In this document: one piece after another, positions 21,165 through 31,979 of the stretch
Numbering within the stretch: the stretch's first letter is position 1
How the letters are laid out: every line of letters begins with the position of its first letter
NCBI GenBank assembly: GCA_963705105.1
Contig: CAVPIW010000005.1
Coordinates: 256,001-320,000 of the forward strand
From: an uncultured Nitrospiraceae bacterium
GTDB taxonomy: Bacteria; Nitrospirota; Thermodesulfovibrionia; Thermodesulfovibrionales; Dissulfurispiraceae
Direction of reading: 5' to 3'
Length of the DNA stretch: 64,000 nucleotides
Notes under the pieces: model-generated
The model's database searches: none
What the model was told of the DNA's origin: nothing
Seen by the model: only the letters and a program-made list of their open reading frames with translations
Made by a program: the position numbers and the translations under genes

Positions 21165-22868
21165 TTATTTTGAAGAGACCAGGTGGAGACCCTTTTCCTG
21201 GGAATCGTCCCTCGGAATCCTCAGGTATGAGAGCGCTTCATTCGCGATGTCCCTGAAGACAGGCGCTGCAACGACACCGCCGTAAATCTGTCCCCTCGGC
21301 TCATTGATGACGATGATCATCGCGATCCGGGGGTCTCCGGCGGGTACGAAACCGACGAAAGAGCTGATAAAGCGGTCCCTCGAATAACGTTTCGTCACGG
21401 GGTCCATTTTCTGCGCCGTGCCCGTCTTGCCCGCCACCTCGTTTCCGTTGACGGCGGCCTGCGTCGCCGTGCCCCCGTCTATGGTCACGGTCTTAAGAAT
21501 GTCCTTGAATATGTTCGCATTTTTTTCTGAGATGACCCTCATCGACTCGGGCGCAGCTTCGTAGAGGAGCTTTCCGTCAGGGGAGAAGACCTCTGCCACC
21601 ACATGGGGTTTGACGAGGAAGCCGCCGTTGGCAATCACGGAATAGGCGCGCAGCACCTGGAGGGGTGTCACGGCGATCTCCTGGCCGATCGAGATGGCGC
21701 CGATGGACATGCCCGACCATTTTTCGGGTGTTCGCACCCAGCCGCTGACTTCGCCCATCAGGTCGATGCCCGTCTTCTCTCCGAAACCGTACTTCTTGAT
21801 GTATTCATACACCTTCTCCTTGCCCAGGAGCAGGCCTATCTTGATCGAACCGACGTTCGACGATTTCTGGATGACCTCCTTGAAGGTCAGTACGCCGTGC
21901 CTGTGGGCGTCTTTGATCTTCCTGCCGCCCACCTCGACGTTTCCGGCGCTGCAATCGAACTTCATATCCGGTTTGACGACGCGCTCCTCCAGCGCCGCCG
22001 TGCCGACGATTATTTTAAAGGTTGATCCCGGCTCATAGCAATCCGTGATCCCCCGGTTCCTCCGCTGCGCCGCCTTGACGCTGCCGGGCTCATTGGCGTC
22101 GTAGGTGGGCCTGCTCGCCATCGCCAGGATCTCGCCGGAGTAGGGGTCCATCATGATGGCCGTGGCGGAATCGGCCTTCCAATGTTCGACGGCGGCATCG
22201 AGTTTCTTTTCGAGGATGAACTGCAGCCCCTCGTCGATGGTCAGAACGACGTTGTTGCCGCGGATCTCCTTTCTCGTGCCTTCGGACAGCTCGTTGCCCT
22301 TCGCGTCCCGCCCGACGTACGTCTCTTCGGCCTTGGCGTTCAGATAGCGGTCGTACTGCCTCTCCACTCCCTCCAGTCCCGCGCCGTCGATGTTGACGTG
22401 GCCGATGATGTGGGAGGCGAGGTTGCCCTTGGGATAAAACCGTTTCGCATCGGGGCTGAGATAAATCCCCCTGAGGTGCATGTTTTTGATCGTCTCCGTC
22501 GATTCGCGGCTCACTTTCCGTTCAACCCAGTTGAAATGCTTGCCCTTGGAAAGCTTCGCCAGGATGAGAGAAGGCTTCTCGTTCAGCTCCCGGGCAAGGA
22601 CCCGGGCAAGCTTCTCCCTGTCCTTTTCCCCGATCTCGGCGGGATTGCAGAAGATCGACTCGGCCTCCAGGTTGATCGCAAGCTCCCTGCCCCTGCGGTC
22701 ATAGATGAGGCCGCGCCGCACAGGGATGGTCTCCTTCTTGAGCTGCTGTCCCCTCGCCTTTGCGAGAAAGGTCTCGTGGCTGAGCAGCATGATGTCGACG
22801 AGCCTGACGGAGACGGCGGCGAAGCAGAACAGGACGAAGCCGACGACGATATATGCTCGTCTGTCCAT
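21165..22868 (-). CDS. ftsI: Class B penicillin-binding protein FtsI
   Basis: EPGSTFK, SSNVG, GKTGTAQ; follows ftsL. Confidence 0.93.
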   Translation of the reverse strand: MDRRAYIVVGFVLFCFAAVSVRLVDIMLLSHETFLAKARGQQLKKETIPVRRGLIYDRRGRELAINLEAESIFCNPAEIGEKDREKLARVLARELNEKPSLILAKLSKGKHFNWVERKVSRESTETIKNMHLRGIYLSPDAKRFYPKGNLASHIIGHVNIDGAGLEGVERQYDRYLNAKAEETYVGRDAKGNELSEGTRKEIRGNNVVLTIDEGLQFILEKKLDAAVEHWKADSATAIMMDPYSGEILAMASRPTYDANEPGSVKAAQRRNRGITDCYEPGSTFKIIVGTAALEERVVKPDMKFDCSAGNVEVGGRKIKDAHRHGVLTFKEVIQKSSNVGSIKIGLLLGKEKVYEYIKKYGFGEKTGIDLMGEVSGWVRTPEKWSGMSIGAISIGQEIAVTPLQVLRAYSVIANGGFLVKPHVVAEVFSPDGKLLYEAAPESMRVISEKNANIFKDILKTVTIDGGTATQAAVNGNEVAGKTGTAQKMDPVTKRYSRDRFISSFVGFVPAGDPRIAMIIVINEPRGQIYGGVVAAPVFRDIANEALSYLRIPRDDSQEKGLHLVSSK

Positions 22869-22870
22869 CG

Positions 22871-23245
22871 TCAGTCACGCTTGGGCACAGACGCCACGAC
22901 GTTCGGGGCAGACTTCCTCGAAGCGAGGTACGACGCCCTGTAGATGTCGGCATCCTTTGTCTTCTGCACGTAGACGACCTTCGTGCGGTCCGGGAAGGAA
23001 AAGCCCGACGTTGCCGTCGTCTTCTCGACGCGGTTCACCGACAGCAGTTTTGCAGACTTTGCGGCAAGGAGCTTCCGCTCTGTCATAAGGTCCTGCTTCT
23101 TTTTTTCGAGCTTGTTGATGCTGTATTCGAGGGTCACAATGCCCGATTTAAGCGAAACGGTTGCGAAGAAGGCGCCCACAAGGAGAACACAACACAGCAT
23201 CTTCAGCAGCCGGATACGTCCGTTCTTTTTCTTTTTCTGTTTCAT
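22871..23245 (-). CDS. ftsL: Cell division protein FtsL-like
   Basis: Basic N-terminus, one TM, coiled coil; lies between rsmH and ftsI. Confidence 0.75.
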   Translation of the reverse strand: MKQKKKKNGRIRLLKMLCCVLLVGAFFATVSLKSGIVTLEYSINKLEKKKQDLMTERKLLAAKSAKLLSVNRVEKTTATSGFSFPDRTKVVYVQKTKDADIYRASYLASRKSAPNVVASVPKRD

Positions 23246-24135
23246 ATCCGCTCTGCTCCCCTCAGTTTTGCGCTCCGTGACGAAGGGTTCATACGCGTCT
23301 CCCGGAGTGTGGGCTTAACCGTTTTCTTTGTCAGTATCCGGACCGTCCCGTCTCTTTCCTGCGCCCGCATGAACCGTTTCACGATCCTGTCTTCGAGGGA
23401 GTGGTACGAGATGACGCAGAGCCTGCCGCCGGGCTTCAGGACCGCCACCGATGCATCAAGGCCTCGGCGGAGTTCCCCAAGTTCGTCGTTCACCTCGATC
23501 CTGAGCGCCTGGAAGGTCTTCGTCGCCGGGTGTATCCTTCCTCTCCTCGGAACGGCCCTTGCGACGATGTCCGCCAGGTCCGAGCAGGTGTCGATCGGCC
23601 CTTTCCGTCGACCGTTGACAATGGCCCCGGCGATCCTGCGGGCCTGATGCTCCTCTCCGTATTCCACAAGGATCCTCTCGATGTCGGATTCGGCAGCGGT
23701 ATTGACCACATCCCAGGCCGTGACGGGTCCCGATGTATCCATGCGCATGTCCAGCCTTTCATGGGAAGCAAAGCTGAAACCCCTCGTTCTGTCTCTCATC
23801 TGGAGCATGGAAACGCCGAGATCGAGGAGGACTCCATCCACCGCCCCGATAGAATATTCCTGAAGGATGTTGCGGACCATCGAAAATGTGCCTTTCCTGA
23901 GAATGACCCGTCCGTTTCCCAGCCTTACCCCCGCATACCGAAGGGCTTCCTCGTCCCTGTCTATCCCGACCAGCCTTCCCCCGGCGCCGAGCCGTGACAC
24001 GATTTCCGCCGCGTGGCCTCCCAGGCCGACCGTACCATCCACATAGATCCCCCCCTCCCTGACCGAGAGGAGAGACATCGCTTCTTCCAGGAGCACCGGG
24101 ACATGAACCGCTTCCGGCATCTCCGCGGGTTTCAT
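23242..24135 (-). CDS. rsmH: 16S rRNA m4C1402 methyltransferase
   Basis: HVPVLLEE, DGTVGLGGH, FQALRIEVNDEL, SYHSLEDR, SRSAKLR. Confidence 0.97.
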   Translation of the reverse strand: MKPAEMPEAVHVPVLLEEAMSLLSVREGGIYVDGTVGLGGHAAEIVSRLGAGGRLVGIDRDEEALRYAGVRLGNGRVILRKGTFSMVRNILQEYSIGAVDGVLLDLGVSMLQMRDRTRGFSFASHERLDMRMDTSGPVTAWDVVNTAAESDIERILVEYGEEHQARRIAGAIVNGRRKGPIDTCSDLADIVARAVPRRGRIHPATKTFQALRIEVNDELGELRRGLDASVAVLKPGGRLCVISYHSLEDRIVKRFMRAQERDGTVRILTKKTVKPTLRETRMNPSSRSAKLRGAERI

Positions 24136-24143
24136 CGTATTGA

Positions 24144-24611
24144 TCAGAGACCGAGCTGAGCGAGACCGGCCTCTATTGCCTTGGTGTCGACTTTGCTCGG
24201 ATCCATGGCGGACTCCCACAGGGATTTGTCCCAAACCTCGATTCTGTTGACGAGTCCGAGGACAACGATTTCGCTCTTTATTTCAGCGTCCTCCCTGAGA
24301 GACGCCGGTATAAGCACCCTGCCCTGCCTGTCGATCTCACACTCAACGGCAGACGCGACGACGCGTCTCATGAAAAACTTGATGGTGGGTTCGTTCGGCG
24401 CTTTTTTCTTCACTTCTTCAAGGAGTAAACGCCATTCCTCGACGGGAAAGATCTGTATGCACTTGTCGACGGCGGCGATTGTGATATATAGTGTAGGTGA
24501 GTTGTAGGTGCGGACTATGACATCGCGGAGGGCTGCAGGTATCATGACCCGTCCTTTGGGATCGAGGGTGAAATAGTACTTGCCGGTCAAGAAGGCCAAG
24601 ATTCCCTCCAC
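24144..24611 (-). CDS. mraZ: Transcriptional regulator MraZ
   Basis: DPKGR and DRQGR repeats; first gene of dcw; start may be TTG 24599. Confidence 0.95.
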   Translation of the reverse strand: MEGILAFLTGKYYFTLDPKGRVMIPAALRDVIVRTYNSPTLYITIAAVDKCIQIFPVEEWRLLLEEVKKKAPNEPTIKFFMRRVVASAVECEIDRQGRVLIPASLREDAEIKSEIVVLGLVNRIEVWDKSLWESAMDPSKVDTKAIEAGLAQLGL

Positions 24612-24672
24612 AATTTACCAATCTCTACCACTTCATACCACAATGATAGGGATTTTAAGGGGGCATTGTCAA
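24607..24672 (-). promoter_or_regulatory. dcw promoter and MraZ boxes
   Basis: TTGACA-N18-TATCAT, then GTGGT/GTGGT/TTGGT/GTGGA at exact 10-bp period. Confidence 0.75.
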
Positions 24673-24879
24673 GCAAAAAATGCTTCTGAATCCACTTTTT
24701 TTCAGCTATTTATCGATCACCACATGATGTGGTGCCGGCCCTCTGATTTCCACAAGATATAGGGGAAAACAGCGGCGTGTTCACCGATGACCCTCATCGT
24801 CGCATAGGCCGACCCAAACGGCGGGGTAAAGGCGCCGAAAAGTCTTGGTGCTAAGACACCTTATCAATCGACATTAAAG

Positions 24880-25063
24880 TGCAATACACTCCCGGGAAAG
24901 GCGGGGCTGGGGTGTATGCGCCGAAAACCTTGATGCGGCGACCCCTGTATCGTGACAGAAGACGAGGCATACGCCGATGTCAGGAGAATTGGACATCTTT
25001 TCCGACACTGACACTCACACTGACACTGTTTTCAGAGTGCTTCGCCCCGCCGTTTCATGCAAC
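24880..25063. repeat. Modular REP-like element with CACTGA hexamers
   Basis: TGCAATACACTCCCGGGAAAGGCGGGG...CTTCGCCCCGCCGTTTCATGCAAC; extra arm at 25168-25192. Confidence 0.8.
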
Positions 25064-25190
25064 AGAAAGGCAGACAGACCACCGTTTAAGGGGAATGAGC
25101 AACCACGAAAAGATGTAATCGATGAGAACCGACGCTGAAATAATCAATATCGCATTAGCAGGACGTTGAGGCGCTTTGCCCCGCCTTTTT

Positions 25191-26339
25191 ATGGAAATAC
25201 ATGATGAACTGAACCGTCTCAGGGAGGGGCATCTCTTCAGGTCCATCCGGGACAGGGAACCCTGTCAGAATGGGGCGGGACTCGCCAGGATCGTCATCGG
25301 AGGCACGACGTACATCAATTTTTCCTCCAATGATTACCTCGGTCTTGGCGCGTCTCCTGCAGTCTGCAACAGCGCAAAAAAAGCCATCGATCTTTTCGGG
25401 TTCGGCAGCGGCGCATCGAGGCTCCTGTCAGGCGGGACGTCGCTGCACCGGGATCTGGAAGGATTGATTGCCCGGCTCAAGGGGACGAAAAGCGCCGTCG
25501 TCATGAACTCGGGCTACACGGCGAACCTCGCCGTCATTCCGGCCTTCGCAAGGGAAGGCGATGTGATTTTCAGCGATGAATTGAACCATGCGAGCATCGT
25601 CGACGGCTGCAGGCTCTCCCGGGCGCGGACCCTCATTTACCGTCATCGCGATGCCGCGCACCTTGCGGAATTGCTGGAGAGGGAGAAAAGTGGGAGAAAA
25701 ATCGTCGTTACCGACACCGTCTTCAGCATGGACGGCGACATCGCCCCCCTGGCGGACCTCCATGGTCTGTGCCGGGACCACGGCGCGGTCCTTTATATTG
25801 ACGACGCGCACGGCACGGGCGTTCTCGGAAAAGGCCGGGGAGGCCTTGCCCACTGCGGTCTCGCGCCCGATGACGGAGTGATCCAGATGGGCACCTGTTC
25901 AAAAGCCCTTGGATCATGCGGCGCCTTCGTCGCCGCGACGGCCGATATTGTCGACTGGCTGATCAATACGGCCCGGGGGCTTATCTTCTCCACCGCCCTG
26001 CCGGCCTGTGCAGCGGCGGCATCCATCGCGGCTCTTCAGGTCATGCAGGGCGACGGCTCATATGTCGACCGGTTGTGGCGCAACAGGGAAAGGCTCTACC
26101 AGGGCATCCGGGCTCTCGGTATCGACACGGGCAGGAGCGAGACGCCTATCATCCCTCTCATCGTGGGAGATCTCGACAGGACAATGAGGCTTTCAGAGCA
26201 TCTGCGGCATCATCGCCAGTACGCGCCGGTCATCCGGCCTCCCACCGTCAGAGATCCCAGGATCCGGGTGACCGTCACAGCCGCGCACACCGACGAGGAC
26301 ATCGACACATTCCTCCACATTCTCTCAATAGGCCTCTGA
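25191..26339 (+). CDS. bioF: 8-amino-7-oxononanoate synthase
   Basis: FSSNDYLGL, NHASIVDG, FSMDGD, DDAHG, TCSKALG, IRPPTV. Confidence 0.92.
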   Translation: MEIHDELNRLREGHLFRSIRDREPCQNGAGLARIVIGGTTYINFSSNDYLGLGASPAVCNSAKKAIDLFGFGSGASRLLSGGTSLHRDLEGLIARLKGTKSAVVMNSGYTANLAVIPAFAREGDVIFSDELNHASIVDGCRLSRARTLIYRHRDAAHLAELLEREKSGRKIVVTDTVFSMDGDIAPLADLHGLCRDHGAVLYIDDAHGTGVLGKGRGGLAHCGLAPDDGVIQMGTCSKALGSCGAFVAATADIVDWLINTARGLIFSTALPACAAAASIAALQVMQGDGSYVDRLWRNRERLYQGIRALGIDTGRSETPIIPLIVGDLDRTMRLSEHLRHHRQYAPVIRPPTVRDPRIRVTVTAAHTDEDIDTFLHILSIGL

Positions 26340-26342
26340 GCG

Positions 26343-27497
26343 CTACTGCACTTCGAGGAAGGCGCACTTGAGATAGGCCGTCTCCGGGACGGAGAGCAGT
26401 ATGGGATGGTCCCTGGACTGGTGGCGGTACTCCAGGAGCCTGACACGCCTGCCGGCAAGGCGTGAGGCCCTGTGGAGCATGTCGAGAAAAACCGCCCTGT
26501 CGACGTGATGAGAACACGACGATGTGGCAAGAAATCCGCCGGGCCTGACGATCTTCAATGCCCGCGAGTTGATGTCCAGATACCCCCTGAGGGCCTCCCT
26601 GAGATTGGCGGCGCTCTTCGCAAAGGCCGGGGGATCGAGAACGACGACATCGTACTCATCTCCCTTTGCCTCGCCGAGATAATGAAAAACGTCGTCCTTT
26701 CTGAATGCGATGCGCGAATCGAGGCCGTTCAGCCGTGCGTTTCTCTGCGCCTGTGATAAAGCGGCCTCCGACTCGTCGATCCCGGTCATGACGACGCCCC
26801 TCTGCGCGAGGTGGAGCGCCCAGGTCCCGGAATAGCAGAAGAGGTCGAGGCCCTTTCCGCCCCTTACATAACGGCTCAGGGCGATCCTGTTTTCCCTCTG
26901 GTCGAGGAAGAAGCCCGTCTTCTGCCCTGACAGGGGATCGACCTCTATCGTGAGAGATCCTTCAGTCACCCGGGGAAGGGGTTCGGGATTGCCCGCCAGG
27001 ACCTTCGTCTCCAGGGGAAGCCCTTCGAGGGTCCTGCTTCTGGATGTATTCCTGAGGACCATGCAGCGGGGCCTGAACATGTCATCGAGGACCCCGGCAA
27101 TCGTCTCCCCGAGCCTCTCGATGCCGAGGGTCAGGAACTGTGCGACGAGGACGTCGTCGAACTTGTCGACGATGAGCCCCGGCAGGTAATCCCCCTCGCT
27201 GAACAGCACCCGGAAGGACCGCTGGTCCTCCAGGAAACTCTGCCGGTACCGGAGCGCATCGCCGATGCGGTCCCTGAAGAATGATGCATCGATCGTCTCT
27301 TTCCGCCTCGTCAGCAGCCTGACGGCGATGAGGGACCGGGGATTGATATAGCCGATGCCGAGGAAAGCCGTCCTGTCATGGACTTCGACGAGCGACCCCG
27401 GCTCGAAGCGCCTGGGGCTTTCCGTCAGTTCATTTGAAAAGACCCAGAGGTGTCCGTCGAGTATCCTTTTTGAGCGTTTCAGAAATACTTTTTCCAC
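26343..27497 (-). CDS. PUA-domain class I SAM rRNA methyltransferase (RlmI-like)
   Basis: GHLWVFSNE, GQKTGFFLDQR, LDPPAF, YLKC. Confidence 0.9.
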   Translation of the reverse strand: MEKVFLKRSKRILDGHLWVFSNELTESPRRFEPGSLVEVHDRTAFLGIGYINPRSLIAVRLLTRRKETIDASFFRDRIGDALRYRQSFLEDQRSFRVLFSEGDYLPGLIVDKFDDVLVAQFLTLGIERLGETIAGVLDDMFRPRCMVLRNTSRSRTLEGLPLETKVLAGNPEPLPRVTEGSLTIEVDPLSGQKTGFFLDQRENRIALSRYVRGGKGLDLFCYSGTWALHLAQRGVVMTGIDESEAALSQAQRNARLNGLDSRIAFRKDDVFHYLGEAKGDEYDVVVLDPPAFAKSAANLREALRGYLDINSRALKIVRPGGFLATSSCSHHVDRAVFLDMLHRASRLAGRRVRLLEYRHQSRDHPILLSVPETAYLKCAFLEVQ

Positions 27498-27636
27498 GAG
27501 GCTATTATACCGCACCTTTTCACAAACCCGTACGGGGTCGCCTGCCACTGCCCTCTCACTGACACTCCCACTGTGACTCACACTTTTTTCTATTGCTTCT
27601 GCTCCCTTATTTCTGGTATAAAAATATATAGAAATT

Positions 27637-27820
27637 AGGTGAGCCTACCCTGTTTGTGATTAGGGCGGAAATGTTGATCCCTCAAATTAGATTTTTGGGA
27701 GCTGATGTTTGGTACGCGGTGTGCAGGTCTTCCATAGAGAAGAAAGCCTAAGGTACCTTCTGGGCACCCACCTGTCGACACAGGGATCTGATTACTGCCT
27801 ACACGGCAGGGTGGGCCTGA
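27637..27820 (+). ncRNA. ssrS: 6S RNA
   Basis: About 180-nt rod: GCCTACCCTG pairs CAGGGTGGGC, GATCCCT pairs AGGGATC, central bubble; TTGCTT/TATAAA promoter upstream; directly upstream of rny. Confidence 0.75.
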
Positions 27821-28115
27821 CGACCGGATAGATGCAATACGCGCATAGAATAGAAGAGCAGAGGACGCTGGAGATGAAAAGGGGAATAGAAGGACTGAGG
27901 GTTGTCAATGGACCGCCCCGTTTTTCTTCTGTCGTCGTCTGTGACATTCCGATCGCTGTCCACATCCAATCGCAAAGGCCCATGTGATTCGTTCGTAAGC
28001 CTTTGACTGTATTGTCCTATTCGCCGTCGTCACGAGTGTAATCCCGTAACCGGCCTTCCCGACGGGCATCGCCGCCGGTTACGCCACGCGTTCCACAGTG
28101 AGGAGGGGTTCCCCC

Positions 28116-29681
28116 ATGGAGAGTACAGTCATTCTTATTCTGATTGTCCTCGTCGCCATCTGTGTTGCAGCTTTCGCCTACCTGATCATGCAGAGAAATC
28201 TCTTGAAGACCCAGCGGGAGACCCTCGAGCGCGAGCGGGTCCAGCTCATTGAAGAGGCGAAAAGAGAAGCCGAAGCGACACGGAAAGAAGCTGCGTTGGC
28301 TGCGAAGGACCTTGCATACCAGACGAAGGCCGAAGCGGAGCGGGAGATCAGGGAAAAAACGAGGGAGCTGAATCAGCTCGACCGCAGAATTCGGCAGAAG
28401 GAGGAGCAGCTGGAAAAGCGCTTCGACCAGATGGAGCGGAAGGAACAGGAATTTCACCGGAGGGACAAGGAATACCACAGCCGGGAAAAAGGGCTCGTGG
28501 ACAAGGAAGATTATTACAAGCAGCTCATCGACAGGCAGACGCAGGTGCTCGAAGAACTGTCGGGCATCAGGAAAGAGGATGCGCGGCAGGAACTGTTCCG
28601 GAGGATCGAGGAAGAATCGAAATTCGAGGCCATCAGGCTCGCCAAGCAGATCGAGGACGAGGCCCGTGAAAATGCTGAAAAGAAGGCCAAGGAGGTCATC
28701 AGCAGCGCCATACAGCGGTATGCGAGCGATTATGTGGCGGACGCAACCGTCTCCGCCGTGAGCCTTCCCAACGACGAAATGAAAGGCCGGATCATCGGCA
28801 GGGAGGGTCGGAACATCCGGGCCTTCGAGGCCGCCACGGGCGTTGACCTGATCGTCGACGACACGCCGGAACTCGTCACCCTTTCGGCACACGACCCGGT
28901 CAGGAGGGAAGTGGCTCGCATATCTTTGGAGCGGCTCATCTCCGACGGCAGGATCCACCCGACGAGAATCGAGGAGGTCGTCGACAAGACAAAGAAGGAA
29001 GTGGACCTCACGATCCGAGAAGAGGGGGAGAAAGCGGTCTTCGACCTCGGGCTCACGGGGATCAATTCGGAGCTTACGAAGACGATCGGCCGGCTCAAGT
29101 ACCGGTCTTCATACGGTCAGAACGTGCTCCAGCATTCCAAGGAGGTGGCCTACCTCGCCGGCATGATGGCAGGCGAGATGGGGGTGGACATCAAGCTCGC
29201 AAAGCGTGCGGGCCTTCTGCATGACATCGGCAAGGCCGTCGATCACGAAATCGAGGGGTCCCACCAGGAGATCGGGGCGATGCTCGGCAAGAGATACGGA
29301 GAAAATGAAAAGGTGCTCAACGCGATCCTGGCCCACCACGGCGAGGTCGACCCGGTCTGTGTCGAGTCAGCCCTCGTGGCTGCGGCGGACGCCCTGTCAG
29401 CGGCGAGGCCCGGCGTCCGGCGGGAGAGCATCGAGAACTACCTGAAGAGACTTGAAAAGCTCGAAGACCTTGCCATGTCCTTCAGCGGCGTCGACAAATG
29501 TTACGCTATCCAGGCGGGCCGTGAGATCAGGCTCATCGTGAAGCCCGAGGAAGTGACCGATGACATGTGCGCCATGGTGTCACGGGATCTGGCGCGGAAA
29601 ATCGAGACCGACATGACCTATCCGGGACAGATCAAGGTGACGGTCATCCGTGAATCGCGGTATATCGACTATGCCAAGTAG
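28116..29681 (+). CDS. rny: Ribonuclease Y
   Basis: N-terminal TM, coiled coil, KH ([14 protein letters not shown]), HD (LLHDIGK). Confidence 0.98.
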   Translation: MESTVILILIVLVAICVAAFAYLIMQRNLLKTQRETLERERVQLIEEAKREAEATRKEAALAAKDLAYQTKAEAEREIREKTRELNQLDRRIRQKEEQLEKRFDQMERKEQEFHRRDKEYHSREKGLVDKEDYYKQLIDRQTQVLEELSGIRKEDARQELFRRIEEESKFEAIRLAKQIEDEARENAEKKAKEVISSAIQRYASDYVADATVSAVSLPNDEMKGRIIGREGRNIRAFEAATGVDLIVDDTPELVTLSAHDPVRREVARISLERLISDGRIHPTRIEEVVDKTKKEVDLTIREEGEKAVFDLGLTGINSELTKTIGRLKYRSSYGQNVLQHSKEVAYLAGMMAGEMGVDIKLAKRAGLLHDIGKAVDHEIEGSHQEIGAMLGKRYGENEKVLNAILAHHGEVDPVCVESALVAAADALSAARPGVRRESIENYLKRLEKLEDLAMSFSGVDKCYAIQAGREIRLIVKPEEVTDDMCAMVSRDLARKIETDMTYPGQIKVTVIRESRYIDYAK

Positions 29682-29698
29682 ACCCGGTCGCTGAGCCG

Positions 29699-30481
29699 AT
29701 GAGGGTCCTTTTTCTCGGCGACATCGTCGGCAAGTCCGGGCGCGACACCGTCCGGGCCCTGCTGCCGAACCTCGTGACCCGGTACAAGACCGACCTGGTC
29801 GTCGCGAACGGGGAGAACGCCGCCGGCGGATTCGGCATTACCGAGAAGACCGCCACAGAGTTGTTCTCCCTGGGCATCCAGATCATTACGACGGGCAATC
29901 ATGTGTGGGACAAGAAGGAGGCGATCCCTTACATCGCCAAGGAAGCACGGCTGCTCAGGCCGATCAATTATCCCACCGACACGCCCGGGTCAGGCAGCAT
30001 CGTCCTCACCGTTGCCGGCGGTGTCGGTGTCGCCATCGTCAACATCTCGGGCAGGGTCTTCATGAACACCCTCGAGTGCCCCTTCCGGGCGGCAAAGAGG
30101 GAGCTGGACCGGATCAGGGACGCGGCGCCGGTGATCATCATCGACTTCCATGCCGAGGCGACGTCCGAGAAGATCGCCTTTGCCCATTACCTGGACGGAC
30201 AAGCGAGCGCCATCATCGGCACCCACACCCATGTCCAGACGGCCGATGAGAGGATACTGCCCGGAGGGACGGCCTATATCACGGACGTCGGTATGACAGG
30301 CCCGTACCACTCCGTCATCGGCATCGAGGTCGGTCAGATCATCGAACGGTTCCTGACCCTCATGCCCCGCAAGTACGACGTTGCCGGGGGCAAGGGCATT
30401 CTTTCCGCCGTCGTCGTCGAGATCGACGACAAAAGCGGAAAAGCCAGGGCCATCCAGCGATTGCAGGTAACCCACCCTTAG
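29699..30481 (+). CDS. ymdB: YmdB-like metallophosphoesterase
   Basis: GDIVG, NGENAAGG, GNH, DFHAEATSEK, GTHTH; follows rny. Confidence 0.93.
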   Translation: MRVLFLGDIVGKSGRDTVRALLPNLVTRYKTDLVVANGENAAGGFGITEKTATELFSLGIQIITTGNHVWDKKEAIPYIAKEARLLRPINYPTDTPGSGSIVLTVAGGVGVAIVNISGRVFMNTLECPFRAAKRELDRIRDAAPVIIIDFHAEATSEKIAFAHYLDGQASAIIGTHTHVQTADERILPGGTAYITDVGMTGPYHSVIGIEVGQIIERFLTLMPRKYDVAGGKGILSAVVVEIDDKSGKARAIQRLQVTHP

Positions 30482-30505
30482 CCCGGAAACCATCAGGAGG
30501 CTATC

Positions 30506-30925
30506 ATGCTGCAGGCAAAACTACACTGGATCAATGGACTCCAGTATGTCGGTGAGTCGGGGTCAGGACACGCCATCGTCCTCGACGCCGATGAGGAAGT
30601 GGGAGGCAGGAACACGGGCATGCGGCCCGCCGAGCTGCTTCTCGTCGGCATCGGGAGCTGTTCGGGCATGGATATAGCGTCGATCCTCCAGAAAAAGAGG
30701 CAGGATGTGACGGACATCGAGATCAACGTGAAAGGCCAGAAGGCCGAGACCCACCCCAAGAAGTTCACCGATATCGAGGTCGAATTTGTCGTCACAGGGA
30801 GGAATCTCTCAGAAGAGGCCGTCCGGAAGGCCGTCGAGGCGTCGATGGAGAAATACTGCTCCGTCAAGGCGACCCTCGAAGGGACGGCAAAGATCAGCTA
30901 CAGCTCCCGGGTGATCAACGTCTGA
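30506..30925 (+). CDS. OsmC family protein
   Basis: PAELLL..GSCSGMD, EKYCSV. Confidence 0.9.
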   Translation: MLQAKLHWINGLQYVGESGSGHAIVLDADEEVGGRNTGMRPAELLLVGIGSCSGMDIASILQKKRQDVTDIEINVKGQKAETHPKKFTDIEVEFVVTGRNLSEEAVRKAVEASMEKYCSVKATLEGTAKISYSSRVINV

Positions 30926-31979
30926 GAGGCATTGCGCCTCCGTAGCGGTAATAGGCGGCGCAGCTCCCCTCGGTGCTCACCATGCAGGCGCCGACGGGTT
31001 TTTCGGGCCTGCAGGACTTCCCGAAGAGCGGGCATTCCGGCGGTATTTTGATCCCTCTCAGCACGAGGCCGCAGAGACAGCCCTTCGGTTCCCGGGCGGC
31101 GGCGACGTCGACGGGAATGACATGAACCGCCTCGCGGGACAGCCAGCGCTCCCTGAGCCGCAGGCCGCTTCCCGGTATCACGCCGATCCCCCTCCACGTG
31201 CTGTCTGTCCTTTCGAAATACTTATCCATAAATGCCAGAGCCTTCCTGTTCCCCTCCCTCGTCACGGCGATCCGGTATTGGATTTCAATGTCCGCCTTCC
31301 CGTCGGCGATCTGCCCGAGTGCGAGGGCGATGCCCGAGAGGATATCCTCCGCTGAAAACCCCGTGACGACGCCGGGCCGTCCGAATCTCTCAGCGATGAA
31401 CTCATAGGGCTCCGTGCCGATGATGGTGCTCACGTGACCCGGCAGGAGGAAACCGTCGATCCGGACGTCCCCGCTCTGGAGGAGCGCCTCAAGGGCGGGG
31501 GGCACGAGTTTGTGCACAGACAGGAGCAGGAAGTTCTCCACACCCCGGCGCTCCGCCTCGTCGACAGTGGCAGCGACGGAAGGGACCGTCGTCTCGAATC
31601 CGGCGGAAAAGAAGACGACCTTTCGTCCTGGTTCCTTCGCTGCCATATCAAGACAATCAAGAGGAGAATAAACGATCCGCACATCGGCGCCTTCCGCCTT
31701 GGCCTCCGACAGAGATACCTTCGACCCCGGCACGCGCATCATATCGCCGAAGGTGGCAAGGATGACCCCCTCCGACCGGGCGATGGCAACGGCCCGGTCC
31801 ACATCGGCGATGGAGGTGACGCAGACGGGGCAGCCCGGACCGCTGAGCAGCCTCAAACCCCCGGGCAAAAGGCTCCTGATGCCGAACCTGAAGATGGCGA
31901 CGGTATGGGTGCCGCACACCTCCATGAGGTTGACGGGTCTGCCGATGCGCTTGAACAGTTTATTGATGAGGTCGATCAT
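30915..31979 (-). CDS. hypD: Hydrogenase maturation factor HypD
   Basis: [32 protein letters not shown]. Confidence 0.96.
   Translation of the reverse strand: MIDLINKLFKRIGRPVNLMEVCGTHTVAIFRFGIRSLLPGGLRLLSGPGCPVCVTSIADVDRAVAIARSEGVILATFGDMMRVPGSKVSLSEAKAEGADVRIVYSPLDCLDMAAKEPGRKVVFFSAGFETTVPSVAATVDEAERRGVENFLLLSVHKLVPPALEALLQSGDVRIDGFLLPGHVSTIIGTEPYEFIAERFGRPGVVTGFSAEDILSGIALALGQIADGKADIEIQYRIAVTREGNRKALAFMDKYFERTDSTWRGIGVIPGSGLRLRERWLSREAVHVIPVDVAAAREPKGCLCGLVLRGIKIPPECPLFGKSCRPEKPVGACMVSTEGSCAAYYRYGGAMPLRR

Noticed and set aside
27558..27583. Shared MSHSGSV N-terminus of the murE and methyltransferase ORFs
   Set aside because: The DNA sequences differ and both lie upstream of the likely starts; this is coincidence plus a hexamer relic.
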